64,000 nt of DNA, taken from contig CAWDTA010000004.1 of assembly GCA_963805085.1 (NCBI GenBank), positions 288,001-352,000 of the forward strand, read 5' to 3'. The notes beneath the pieces are model-generated. The model searched no databases. It was not told the DNA's origin and worked only from the letters and a program-made list of their open reading frames with translations. Source of the DNA: an uncultured Veillonellaceae bacterium. Lineage in GTDB: Bacteria > Bacillota > Negativicutes > JARBTT01. Positions 50,775-61,441 of the stretch are shown piece after piece (the first letter of the stretch is position 1; each line of letters opens with the position of its first letter). Made by a program: the position numbers and the translations under genes.

Positions 50775-50987
50775 CCATCAAACTGTGTATAAATAACGCA
50801 AAGATTAAACTTCTTTATAATAAAAATAAGGTCTAAAAATCAGCTAAATGGACAGTACCCGACCGCTGATTTTAGACCTTATTTTTATTTCATAATCATA
50901 AAAGTTCTTTTTTAAAATTAACATTATATTATTGATTATATAGTCTCATATTTATTTTATACCACCCCTACGACTGGGGGGATCTTG

Positions 50988-51566
50988 CTATATTCGAACT
51001 TCAAAATTCTTTTTAACTTTATTGTTTGTTGTCTGCGTGGACACAGCGATATCTATTCCTTCTTTACTCATTACAGTACTGGTTCTCGCTGAATAGTCAA
51101 TCAGTGTCCTCGGCTCTTTTGTTTTATTTTTAAATAAACGTAATCCTACTAAAATTAGGGCAACAACTACAACAATCCCAACAAACGGTGCATAACTCAA
51201 GCTGATTGGCTTGCTATTGACCGCTGGCGCTTTCAGTGAAGTAGTAGTCTGCGTGGCAACTGCATCCTGAGAATCAGTTGATGCAACAGGAATGGCTTGC
51301 TTACTGCTTGCTTTGGCTGCTGTGTCAGAAGCTTCCTTTGCACCATCCTTAGGTTGCACTTGATTCCCTTGTATAGCCTTGCCTATTTCTCCAACTTTCT
51401 TAGCTGCCCCCGCCACTTCTGGGCTTACCAAACTATTCGAGTTTTGCGTTGAATTAGCAGGAGCGGTTGTCGTAGAACTATCACTATCTGATGCCGGATG
51501 AGAGCCCGTCGGCGTAAGCACAGGCGGCGTTGGTTTTGTTGGTGGATTAGGCGCAACTACTGTCAT
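50988..51566 (-). CDS. Pro/Ala/Thr-rich hypothetical protein with one C-proximal TM helix
   Basis: RBS AAAGGA; TM FVGIVVVVALILVGL followed by basic residues. Confidence 0.65.
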   Translation of the reverse strand: MTVVAPNPPTKPTPPVLTPTGSHPASDSDSSTTTAPANSTQNSNSLVSPEVAGAAKKVGEIGKAIQGNQVQPKDGAKEASDTAAKASSKQAIPVASTDSQDAVATQTTTSLKAPAVNSKPISLSYAPFVGIVVVVALILVGLRLFKNKTKEPRTLIDYSARTSTVMSKEGIDIAVSTQTTNNKVKKNFEVRI

Positions 51567-51744
51567 AACAAAACGTCCTTTCTAATTCATATCTTTAACC
51601 CGTTCTACTCAAACCGTGGCAAGTAAACCCAAAATTCAATAGAACTGTTTTCTTTATCTAAATACATATTATTATTTATACTATATCATAGGAACACACA
51701 GTCCGCAAAGGCATCCATTAACAGCATGCTTTAAGATATTTCAA

Positions 51745-52509
51745 TTAATATACTGGAATATTTTGTCTGAACATCTCGGCAATGATCGTTTCCATTGTAT
51801 AACTTCCTGGGGGTTTTCCTATCAGAAATTTCACTGCGAAAATTGCGCCCTGACCAAAGGCCGCCCTGTTGATGCTTTGATGTGATAACCGTATGATCTG
51901 ATTAGGCAACCCAAAAATAATTTCATGATGACCTACGATTCCACCGACTCGAATTGAATTTACGTGCTCTGCTTCAAGGTTTAGCACTTTTGCAATTTTC
52001 TGAGCTGTACCTGATATTTCTGTTTTCCCTTTAAAATGTTCCTCGACAATTTCAATATCTGCATGAGGAGCTATTTTCTGCAAAATCTGAGCCGCTACCA
52101 TAAGAACATTAATCCCCAAGGTGATGTTCGGAGAATAAAGGACTGCCGTAGACTCGGCAAACGATTCTAATAGCTTCAGATCTTCTTGTTCATATTTTGA
52201 AATTGCAGATATAATAGGAATTCTTATTTTTGCTGCCTTTTCGTATAAACGAACGCCTGTAGAGTCAGAAAAATCCACAATAATATCTACTGGTTTTTCT
52301 AAAAAGAAGGTATCGTTGATGTCCTCACCAGAAAAAATTTCCCCTGCATCAAATTCATATCCCAACATCCGGCTAGCATATTTATGATGATCTTCATTAC
52401 CTCTACGCACTACCCAGCTTAACGTAAATAAACTATTACCTAAAAATTCGTTGACAACAACTTTACCTGTTTTGCCAAAGCCAAAAAATCCAACTTTAAT
52501 TTTTTCCAT
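51745..52509 (-). CDS. Divergent DapB-like (4-hydroxy-tetrahydrodipicolinate reductase family) protein
   Basis: Rossmann GFGKTG, VDFS, SPNITLG, EIVEEHFKGKTEISGTA, SIRVGGIVGHHEIIF, RAAFGQGA. Confidence 0.82.
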   Translation of the reverse strand: MEKIKVGFFGFGKTGKVVVNEFLGNSLFTLSWVVRRGNEDHHKYASRMLGYEFDAGEIFSGEDINDTFFLEKPVDIIVDFSDSTGVRLYEKAAKIRIPIISAISKYEQEDLKLLESFAESTAVLYSPNITLGINVLMVAAQILQKIAPHADIEIVEEHFKGKTEISGTAQKIAKVLNLEAEHVNSIRVGGIVGHHEIIFGLPNQIIRLSHQSINRAAFGQGAIFAVKFLIGKPPGSYTMETIIAEMFRQNIPVY

Positions 52510-52659
52510 TATAAATGATAAACCTCCTTCAAACTGTAATTTGTCAGCTCCTTGTTACCCTCACTCTGCATGAAGATGGGAAACCTTACAAAATCAGTCT
52601 TCGAGAAGGAACATTATTCAATAACCGCTCAACTGGTTCTTGAATGTTTGGCAGAACAA

Positions 52660-52785
52660 AACCCCTTCTCTTTCAACGCCTACGATGTTAGCTCACGATT
52701 TCAGGCAAAAAGCCCCCCCGCTCGCACAAGATTCATCCCCAAAACGGGTCCCCGCTTCCACTAAATAATTTTGGCGATTGTCTTT
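52660..52785 (-). ncRNA. c-di-AMP (ydaO/yuaA) riboswitch
   Basis: Minus strand AATCGC...AGCGGGGACCC...TGGGGATGAATC...CGTGAGCTAACATCGTAGGCGTT..GAGAAGG follows the ydaO consensus order; TATAAT lies upstream. Confidence 0.75.
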
Positions 52786-53168
52786 TGATGATAGGAATTG
52801 AACTACCGATGTTTATATTATACCATTGTTTCTATAATTATGATTTATTTTAATAAACTATAATACCTTGTTCCAAGTACAACAGTATAAAATTGAAGAC
52901 TTTTTCCCATAAAAAAATATATTGTATGTTGTCCTTAATATTTTATACTAACGCAATTAAATTATACAAAATTAACCAATGAAGGTCTATACTTTTTATC
53001 TTACATATTTCTCACTAAAATTTATTGCACAAAAAATACCTGTTTCTCAGTATCTCACTGAAAAGCAGGTATCTTACGGTCTTATTTTATACTGAATTGA
53101 TACTGATATTTCTTTCATTTAAGATTATCTTAGAAAGACCTTGCTTGAATTATAATCTCATTTACCAA

Positions 53169-54053
53169 TTATGTAGTTTTCCGTAATTCTTTTTCTGCAA
53201 GTTGTGTGAACTTTCTTAGCAAAGGAGAAAACCACTTATTCTTATGATAGATAAGTTGCGTACTAATTTTATCTTCCATAGATAGATCAAGCTCAAAAAA
53301 TCTCATTTTTTCAGACTCAACTTCATGTTTAACAGTACTATACGGTAAAATACCAACTCCAGAGTTTATTAATATGCTTTGTTTTATGGCCTCAATACTC
53401 AACGCTTCAATAACATTTCTACTATTATCTAAATAATTTTCCAAGTATTTGTCAAATATATTCCGGTAACTGCAATCATTTTTAGGATATACAAACACCA
53501 AATTATTGTTTTGCAAATCCTCTAATGATTGTAGCTCTTGATACTTTCCTACGATCCCCATTTTTTCTTCAACCAAGTCTATCGCTACTAAATGATCATT
53601 TTCGTACTGTCTTTGCATAAGAAACAGCAAATCAATTTCTGCTGTTGATAGCTTGTCGATTAACTCTGATTTTTGACCTAACACTTGAACTATCTTTGTT
53701 TGAGGGCAATCTAGTTGAAACTGTTGAATAATCGGCTGCAGGCGATAGAATGCCACAGATTCTTGAGCACCTAACTTAATGGTACTTTCATTGCAGCTCT
53801 TCCCATTTTTCAATCTTTCAATTTTTTCATTTGCTTTTAATATAACATCAGCAATTGAAATCAAATCCTTACCTAAATTAGTTATTACGATATTCTTGCC
53901 TATTCTGTCAAACACTTTTCCATTCAATTCTTTTTCAATCGCTTGAATATGTATAGTTATCGTTGACTGAGAGTAGCTCAATTCATCACTAGCTTTTGTA
54001 AAGCTTCCCAAACGCGCAACCGCCTTAAACGTAACCAAGTGCCTAATATCCAT
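53169..54053 (-). CDS. LysR-family regulator
   Basis: MDIRHLVTF..VARLGSFTKASDELSYSQSTIT HTH. Confidence 0.93.
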   Translation of the reverse strand: MDIRHLVTFKAVARLGSFTKASDELSYSQSTITIHIQAIEKELNGKVFDRIGKNIVITNLGKDLISIADVILKANEKIERLKNGKSCNESTIKLGAQESVAFYRLQPIIQQFQLDCPQTKIVQVLGQKSELIDKLSTAEIDLLFLMQRQYENDHLVAIDLVEEKMGIVGKYQELQSLEDLQNNNLVFVYPKNDCSYRNIFDKYLENYLDNSRNVIEALSIEAIKQSILINSGVGILPYSTVKHEVESEKMRFFELDLSMEDKISTQLIYHKNKWFSPLLRKFTQLAEKELRKTT

Positions 54054-54225
54054 GATACACCTCATAAAATCACTGCAGAATTCTAACTCAATTATTCTCA
54101 CTAAATATTATTCTATTAGTATTTTCAATATTTATATTTAGTAAATTGAATTTTACTTATACCAATTTTAACACTAATATAACAAGTGAGAAAAGTAAAA
54201 TTACTAGTTTAAGGAGACGTCCATA

Positions 54226-55125
54226 ATGAAAACCTATAAAGTTTATCAAGTAGATGCATTTACGTCCAAAAAATTTAAAGGAAATCCCGCTGGCGTAGTC
54301 ACAAATGCGGAGGGATTATCAGATGGTGATATGCAGTGTGTCGCACGTGAACTTAACAATTCTGAAACTGCCTTTATTTTCCCGCCTGATGATACAACTC
54401 ACGATGTCAAGCTTAGATATTTTACACCGACTACTGAAGTACCATCATGTGGGCATGCCACAATTGCAGCTCATTACGTTCGAGCTATAGAAAATCAACT
54501 CCAATCTAGCAGAGTAATTCAAAAAATTGGTATTGGCACTTTGCCAGTAGATATTGTAAAAAATAATGATTATACAATATGGATGACACAAGGAAACATT
54601 GAATTTTCTAAGCCTTTTCTAGATAAAAATCGTGACTATCTGTTAGCATCTCTCGGTTTAGCAGAACAGGAAGTAGATGAACGTTGCCCTATTCAGATAG
54701 TTTCTACGGGACATTCCAAAGTAATGATTGGGATTAACTCCATGGCCAAGCTCAATAGTTTATCTCCCGATATGAGCATGCTATGTAGCTTAAGTAAATT
54801 GATTGGCTGTAATGGCTATTATGTTTTTACTTTTGCATCCGATCCCAATAAGATTTTAACTCATGGTAGAATGTTTGCACCCGCCATTGGTATTTTAGAA
54901 GATCCTGTAACAGGAAATGCCAACGGTCCGCTTGGAGCATATCTAGTTAAGCACGGGTTAGTTGAACATGACAACTCCTTATTTTCCTTCACGGGGGCTC
55001 AGGGAGAGGCTATCGGACGTAGTGGAACAGTAGATGTGAGGGTAAAAATAGAAAATGGTGAACCATCACAGGTTCAAATAGGCGGAACAGCCGTTATTGT
55101 ATTTAAAACACAGATAGAAATATAA
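54226..55125 (+). CDS. PhzF-family isomerase/epimerase
   Basis: QVDAFT..KFKGNPAGV, NNSETAF, CGHATIA, EDPVTGNANG. Confidence 0.93.
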   Translation: MKTYKVYQVDAFTSKKFKGNPAGVVTNAEGLSDGDMQCVARELNNSETAFIFPPDDTTHDVKLRYFTPTTEVPSCGHATIAAHYVRAIENQLQSSRVIQKIGIGTLPVDIVKNNDYTIWMTQGNIEFSKPFLDKNRDYLLASLGLAEQEVDERCPIQIVSTGHSKVMIGINSMAKLNSLSPDMSMLCSLSKLIGCNGYYVFTFASDPNKILTHGRMFAPAIGILEDPVTGNANGPLGAYLVKHGLVEHDNSLFSFTGAQGEAIGRSGTVDVRVKIENGEPSQVQIGGTAVIVFKTQIEI

Positions 55126-55484
55126 AGCCCCCTAAGTTAGCATGCCTAGTAAAATAGTATAAGTTTCTTTATACAACTAGAGACTAAGTCAAACACCCCT
55201 AAATAGGATTGATAACTTAACCTCTAGTTTTAATACTTCATAAATATAAATTTTATTTTCTACACCATATGACCATTTTTATCTACATAAGCAGTTCTTT
55301 CTAATGCTTTCTCCCAATTGGTGTATGAATATTTAATGCGTGTCAACAATTCATGTAGTATTTTTGTTATATTCTCGACTGTGATTTAATCACTGAGCAT
55401 ACTTGATTAATTTGGTATAATAAATCATTAAGTATCATTGATTTTTCAGGTCTACTTTTACATAATCAAAGAAAGGATTACCGT

Positions 55485-56156
55485 ATGGATTATCTAATAT
55501 CATTTTTAGAAGGGATTATCACCTTCATCTCCCCCTGTCTACTGCCAATGCTACCTGTCTACATTTCGTACTTTGCTGGGCAAAATAGCGATGGTAACAA
55601 GAAAACAACGGTTATCAATGCGATAGGATTTGTCCTAGGCTTTACCATTATATTTGTATTGCTTGGTGCTTTTGCCGGAGCAGTTGGAAGTTTTTTAAAG
55701 GAATATAGCACAGTGGTAAATATTGTATCCGGTATGATTATCATACTGTTTGGCCTAAACTTTATGGAAGTTATCCGAATTCCTTTTATCAATGCAAATC
55801 ATCAATTGAACATGCAAACTGCGAATGTAGGTTTCTTCTCTTCCGTGTTATTCGGTATAATATTTTCGATTGGCTGGACTCCCTGTGTAGGCACATTTTT
55901 AGGCTCAGCTTTAATGCTCGCCGCGTCCAGTGGCGAGAGCCTAAAAGGAATCCTTATGCTTTTCAGCTTTTCACTTGGACTTGGAATTCCTTTTATTACA
56001 AGTGCAATTTTAATTGACCAATTAAAATCAACATTTGCTTTTGTAAAGAAAAACTACCGAGTTATTAATTTGATTTCTGGTAGTTTACTCATTATCGTCG
56101 GACTTCTTATGGCAACTGGCCTTATGGGATATTTTTTATCTCTACTTACATTTTAG
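55485..56156 (+). CDS. ccdA: CcdA-family disulfide-reducing membrane protein
   Basis: FISPCLLP and GWTPCVG redox cysteines. Confidence 0.92.
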   Translation: MDYLISFLEGIITFISPCLLPMLPVYISYFAGQNSDGNKKTTVINAIGFVLGFTIIFVLLGAFAGAVGSFLKEYSTVVNIVSGMIIILFGLNFMEVIRIPFINANHQLNMQTANVGFFSSVLFGIIFSIGWTPCVGTFLGSALMLAASSGESLKGILMLFSFSLGLGIPFITSAILIDQLKSTFAFVKKNYRVINLISGSLLIIVGLLMATGLMGYFLSLLTF

Positions 56157-56165
56157 GAGGAAGTT

Positions 56166-56753
56166 ATGAATACAAAAAGAAAAACTATTTTAGGGATACT
56201 CATCTTTGCGGCCTTTCTTGGTATTGCATCTTTTGCCTATTCTACTTTAACAACTAACTATAAACAAACGAAGGATATACAAATTACAAAGAATTCCGAC
56301 GAGCAGGATGAGTATGAAGATAATGAAAATAAAAAGTATCCAGCTCCAAATTTCACAGTCTTTGACAAGCAGGGAAATAAGGTCAAATTATCTGACTTTG
56401 CTGGTAAGCCTATTATCTTGAACTTTTGGGCATCTTGGTGTCCACCATGTAGAAGTGAAATGCCACATTTTAACAAAGCATATGCAACCGAGAAAGAAAA
56501 TATTGTTTTTATGATGGTAGACTTAGTTGATGGTCAGCGCGAAACGCAGGCAAAGGGACAAAAATACGTCCAAGATCAAGGGTATGATTTCCCTGTATAT
56601 TTTGATAATGAGCAACAAGGCCTCAATACCTATAGAATTTCATCCATTCCAACTACACTTATCATTGATTCTGCTGGCAATGTTGTCGCCGAATATCAAG
56701 GTGCATTTGATGAAAAAAAACTAGCAAAGGCAATTAATTTGATAAAGCGCTAG
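56166..56753 (+). CDS. Membrane-anchored TlpA/ResA thioredoxin
   Basis: N-terminal TM; NFWASWCPPCRSEMP; SIPTT. Confidence 0.92.
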   Translation: MNTKRKTILGILIFAAFLGIASFAYSTLTTNYKQTKDIQITKNSDEQDEYEDNENKKYPAPNFTVFDKQGNKVKLSDFAGKPIILNFWASWCPPCRSEMPHFNKAYATEKENIVFMMVDLVDGQRETQAKGQKYVQDQGYDFPVYFDNEQQGLNTYRISSIPTTLIIDSAGNVVAEYQGAFDEKKLAKAINLIKR

Positions 56754-56996
56754 AAAACTAGTCCATAAATCAACCAGACTTATATATCAAAAGCTCGGTG
56801 TATCAATTTCAATTAGCTACTTGTTAATTGGTTGGCTCAAAAATATAGAATCAATTTAATAAGAACGAAACAAAGAAGTGGTATAAGTTAGCACTAGAAG
56901 CTAATTTTATACCACTTTTACTTTCTTAACGTTTATTTTCTAGGTTTTTCATCCATCATTTGAAAAATTATTCTGACATAACCCCTTTATTTGTGA

Positions 56997-57947
56997 CTAT
57001 TCAAAGTCAACATTATGTATTTTGAATTGTTCCGTAACCATTTCAATGAACAAACAGGCAGCTTTAGAAACATAGGCATTCTTAGGAACTAAGATTCCCA
57101 TTGTCCAATAAGCGGCATATTTCTCGTCAATATAGTAATACTCGGGAAAATAGTCTTCCTGAAAGATCTTTAAATATTGCATCGGAACAAAAGTTACACC
57201 GATTCCCACGCCAGCTAGTCGTCTTGCTGTTTCATAACTTTTACTCGTCAAAACAATATGGGGATCAATATTGGCCTTATCTAAAATCAAATCAGAAACC
57301 TGTCTGATCTTCTGTCCTTTATTTAACAAAATAAAGGGTTCTTCAGCGAACAAGGTAATGTCTATTTTCGGATACTCAATATTTTCAACCGGTACAGCAA
57401 ATTCCTTTAGCGGATGATCTTTACACGTTGCTAAAAGCAGTGGATCTTTAAATAAAGGATAAAAAATAAACTTTAGGTTATTAGAATTTTGTAAAAATGG
57501 CAGGACATGCATAATTGCAAAATCTATTTCGCCCGCGGTCAATGCCTTATCCAATTCTGTCGAATTTTTCTCAACAATATGTATTTCTATGTGAGGACAC
57601 TTTTGCTTAAATACAGGCAAGATAACGGGTAAAATATACGTTGCTAAATACACGGTAATCCCAATCGTAATCCTACCTTTTTTCAGGTTATTGATGTCAC
57701 TGATCTCAATCTCAAAATCACTGTATATCTTTAAAATATTGGTAGCAATTTGATAATATCTTTCTCCTGCAAAAGTTAAAGTCAGTCCCGTACTCATTCG
57801 TGTAAACAATTTAGTAGCAAGGTTTGCTTCTAGTTTATGAATGCAATTACTAAGTGAAGGCTGGGTCAAAAACAATTTTTTTGCCGCTTTCGAAATGCTG
57901 CGTTCATCAGCAATTGTTTTTACATACAATAGCTCTCGTTCTGTCAT
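56997..57947 (-). CDS. LysR-family regulator
   Basis: SISKAAKKLFLTQPSLS HTH; divergent from the hydratase operon. Confidence 0.93.
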   Translation of the reverse strand: MTERELLYVKTIADERSISKAAKKLFLTQPSLSNCIHKLEANLATKLFTRMSTGLTLTFAGERYYQIATNILKIYSDFEIEISDINNLKKGRITIGITVYLATYILPVILPVFKQKCPHIEIHIVEKNSTELDKALTAGEIDFAIMHVLPFLQNSNNLKFIFYPLFKDPLLLATCKDHPLKEFAVPVENIEYPKIDITLFAEEPFILLNKGQKIRQVSDLILDKANIDPHIVLTSKSYETARRLAGVGIGVTFVPMQYLKIFQEDYFPEYYYIDEKYAAYWTMGILVPKNAYVSKAACLFIEMVTEQFKIHNVDFE

Positions 57948-58161
57948 AGTATAATCTGCCTCTTCTTTTTTAATATTTATTTAATATAGAAAAAATCTAT
58001 AGGGTATATAAAACATTAAGAATTTGATTATATCGCATCTCAATTATATAATAAAACCAACTATTAGTAATCATATTTATCCAAATATACAAAAAATTTA
58101 TATAAAAATCCAATAACGCTCTTGCATTACATTATTTTACAATTGGAAAGGAAGAACTAGA

Positions 58162-60450
58162 ATGGTCAATTTGTACGATACTGGTGTCTATCTTTTAGAA
58201 GGATCAGAAATTATCATTGATGATGAAAACGCTGCAACAAAAATTCAATGTAAAACTGGGAAAGTTATAAACAAAGCAGAAGCAAAAAAAGGAACCATTG
58301 CTTCTGCTATTTTACAAAATCATACGATCATACAAACTAACAATACCTTAAAGCTAAAATTCGATAGTTTAACTGCCCATGATATTACGTATGTCGGAAT
58401 CATCCAGACAGCCAGAGCTAGTGGTTTAGAGGAATTTCCTATTCCTTTTGTTATGACAAACTGCCATAACAGTCTTTGCGCTGTCGGCGGTACGATTAAC
58501 GAAGATGATCATATGTTTTCTCTATCCGCTGCAAAAAAATATGGTGGTATTTATGTACCGACAAATATGGCTGTTATCCATTCTTATAATAGAGAGATGA
58601 TGGCTAAATGCGGGAATATGATTCTCGGTTCAGATAGTCATACCAGATATGGTGCCTTGGGTACATTAGGTGTAGGTGAAGGTGGTGGTGAACTAGCCAA
58701 ACAATTATTAGGTAAAACCTATGACCTTACCCCACCTGAAGTGGTTGGCATCTATCTTACTGGCAAACCACAAAAAGGTGTAGGGCCTCACGACATCGCT
58801 TTAACAATCATCGGTAATGTATACAAGAAGGGCTATGTAAAAAACAAAGTAATGGAATTCATTGGTGATGGCATAGGCAATTTGGATATCGATTATAGAA
58901 ATGGCATTGACGTCATGACCACAGAAACAACTTGTTGGAGCTCTATTTGGTGTACTGATGAAAAAGTAGAACAATATTATACAATCCATGGCAGACCAAA
59001 AGATTATAAAAAATTAGAACCAAAAGATATTGCCTATTATGATGGCCTCGTCTACGTTGATCTCTCTATCATCAAACCAACAATTGCAATGCCATTCCAT
59101 CCTAGCAATATTTATACAATCGAAGAACTCAAAGCCAATGCTATTGATATCCTGCAAAAAATACAAAACGATAGCATGAAACAATTTGCGCAAAGTAAAA
59201 TAAACTTTGACCTTACTAGCAAAGTAAAAAATGGTGAAATTTACGTTGATCAAGGTATCGTTGCCGGCTGCTCTGGTGGAACCTTTGATAATGTCGTTGC
59301 CGTAGCTAACATAATGAACGAAAACTCTACTGGCAATGGTACATTTTCTATGAGCGTCTATCCTGATAGTCAACCCAATCACCTTGAATTAGTAAGAAAT
59401 GGTTCAATCGAAAAGTTAATCAGTGCTGGCGTTATTGTCCGTTCTGCCTTTTGCGGACCTTGCTTTGGCGCTGGCGATACTCCAGCAAATCAAGAATTTT
59501 CTATTCGCCATACGACTAGAAACTTTCCAAATCGCGAAGGCTCAAAACCAACTGAAGGACAACTTTCTTATGTAGCACTTATGGATGCTCGTTCCATTGC
59601 TGCAACTGCAATCAACGGCGGGAAATTGACCGCGGCGACAGAAATAGAATTCAATAACAAAAAACGGCCTTATTACTTCAATCGAGAAATTTATGACAAA
59701 CGCGTTTTTAATGGAATCGGTAAAAATGATCCTGACTTGGAATTGAAATTTGGCCCTAATATCAAAGATTGGCCGACCATTCCAAAACTAACCGAGCATT
59801 TATTGCTCAAAGTTATAAGCTATATTGCCGATCCAGTTACAACGACTGATGAACTCATTCCTTCTGGGGAAACTTCCTCCTACCGGTCTAATCCCCTCCG
59901 CCTTGCCGAATTTACCCTTAGCAGAAAAGACCCCCATTATGTAGAAAAAGCGAAAGAAGTTCAAGTATATGAACAACAAAGAGAAGATGGTATCGCACCA
60001 AACTTAGGTTCAGAAGAATTAGATTGTGTTTATCAAAAAATTAAAAGTATTATTGGCTTTTCAAACATTGATTTTCAAAACATCGGCATTGGCAGTACGC
60101 TCTTTGCCAACAAACCTGGTGATGGTTCAGCAAGAGAACAGGCCGCCTCTTGCCAACGAGTTCTGGGTGCGTGGGCAAATTTGGCGAAAGAATATGCGAC
60201 CAAACGATATCGTTCCAACCTGATTAATTGGGGGATGATTCCGTTTATTGTTGATGAGCCACTCTTTAATGAAAATGATTTTATATTTATCCCGAACTTG
60301 AAAACTAGTATTATACAAAGAAATTCCAAAATCAAAGCTTACGTTTTAGGTGAAAAGATCTCGGAAATTTTTCTTTCTGTTAGCAATTTAACTATGGATG
60401 AGCAGAAAATTCTTATCGCTGGCTGTTTGATTAATTATTATAAGGAATAA
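58162..60450 (+). CDS. YbhJ-like aconitase-family hydratase
   Basis: HDITYVGIIQTARASG, TNCHNSLCAVGGTINEDDH, GSDSHTRYG, Fe-S cysteines AGCSGG and FCGPCFG, TRNFPNREG, GDGSAREQAA. Confidence 0.92.
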   Translation: MVNLYDTGVYLLEGSEIIIDDENAATKIQCKTGKVINKAEAKKGTIASAILQNHTIIQTNNTLKLKFDSLTAHDITYVGIIQTARASGLEEFPIPFVMTNCHNSLCAVGGTINEDDHMFSLSAAKKYGGIYVPTNMAVIHSYNREMMAKCGNMILGSDSHTRYGALGTLGVGEGGGELAKQLLGKTYDLTPPEVVGIYLTGKPQKGVGPHDIALTIIGNVYKKGYVKNKVMEFIGDGIGNLDIDYRNGIDVMTTETTCWSSIWCTDEKVEQYYTIHGRPKDYKKLEPKDIAYYDGLVYVDLSIIKPTIAMPFHPSNIYTIEELKANAIDILQKIQNDSMKQFAQSKINFDLTSKVKNGEIYVDQGIVAGCSGGTFDNVVAVANIMNENSTGNGTFSMSVYPDSQPNHLELVRNGSIEKLISAGVIVRSAFCGPCFGAGDTPANQEFSIRHTTRNFPNREGSKPTEGQLSYVALMDARSIAATAINGGKLTAATEIEFNNKKRPYYFNREIYDKRVFNGIGKNDPDLELKFGPNIKDWPTIPKLTEHLLLKVISYIADPVTTTDELIPSGETSSYRSNPLRLAEFTLSRKDPHYVEKAKEVQVYEQQREDGIAPNLGSEELDCVYQKIKSIIGFSNIDFQNIGIGSTLFANKPGDGSAREQAASCQRVLGAWANLAKEYATKRYRSNLINWGMIPFIVDEPLFNENDFIFIPNLKTSIIQRNSKIKAYVLGEKISEIFLSVSNLTMDEQKILIAGCLINYYKE

Positions 60451-60536
60451 TGATACGCCCCCATATTCACGAAACATTTTATATTGATAAAGTTCTATTA
60501 AATTGACGATAAAAATAAGAAATGAGGATGATTATC

Positions 60537-61394
60537 ATGGGAAAAGTTTCATTACACGGCGTTATTGATATGCATGTTCATTCATCACCAGATATCCGCG
60601 AGCGTGCCTACAGTGATTTCGAGCTAATGGAAGCTGGAATCAAAGTAGGTGCAAGGGCAATTGTAATAAAATCGCATCATGGAACAACAATGAACCGTGC
60701 TTACTTAGTCAATGAACATAATAAAATTTTGCATCAAAATGATAATAATTTTACGATGTTTGGCAGCATCACATTAAACGCTGCAATTGGTGGTTTAAAT
60801 CCTATTGCTGTAGAAACCGGACTAAAAATGGGCGCAAAGATTGTCTGGCTGCCAACAACCAGTGCTCAAAATCATTTGAAAAAATACGGTAAGACGGGCG
60901 GAATTGCTTGCCTAACCAACGGAAAAATCGTCGAACCACTGAAAGAAATCTTTAAACTGGTGAAAGATTACGATGCTGTTTTAGGCACAGGACATCTAGC
61001 ACCAGAAGAAATATTTCCCATAGTAGACCAGGCAAAAAGTATGGGTTTAGAAAAAATCGTTATTACTCATCCAGAATTCTGGGTTGTTGGAATGTCGCAT
61101 GAAGACCAAATAAAAATAACCAAAGACTACAATGTCTATCTCGAAAGATGTTATGCACAGCCTATGGGCGGCGGTGTTTATCAGAGCAACCTTGAAGACA
61201 ATCTGGCAATCATAAACAAAGTAGGTTATAAAAACATCATTGTCGACACCGACGGTGGTCAAGTAGAAAATCCTCATTGGGAAATTGCTTTAGAAACCTA
61301 TATGCAATATCTCGCCGACCATGGCATTACCGACGAGCAAATTGATGTAATGACGAAAAAAATCCCAGCTAGATTACTAGGATTAGCGAACTAA
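60537..61394 (+). CDS. DUF6282-like metal-dependent amidohydrolase-fold protein
   Basis: IDMHVHSSPD, IKSHH, WLPT, LGTGH, ITHP, DTDGGQ. Confidence 0.8.
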   Translation: MGKVSLHGVIDMHVHSSPDIRERAYSDFELMEAGIKVGARAIVIKSHHGTTMNRAYLVNEHNKILHQNDNNFTMFGSITLNAAIGGLNPIAVETGLKMGAKIVWLPTTSAQNHLKKYGKTGGIACLTNGKIVEPLKEIFKLVKDYDAVLGTGHLAPEEIFPIVDQAKSMGLEKIVITHPEFWVVGMSHEDQIKITKDYNVYLERCYAQPMGGGVYQSNLEDNLAIINKVGYKNIIVDTDGGQVENPHWEIALETYMQYLADHGITDEQIDVMTKKIPARLLGLAN

Positions 61395-61441
61395 ATTTAT
61401 ATTAAAAACAACGTAATACTACGAGCAATAGGAGGCTTATT

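Noticed and set aside
52552-52764. 70-aa plus-strand ORF
   Set aside because: It overlaps the minus-strand c-di-AMP riboswitch leader and shows no coding signature.
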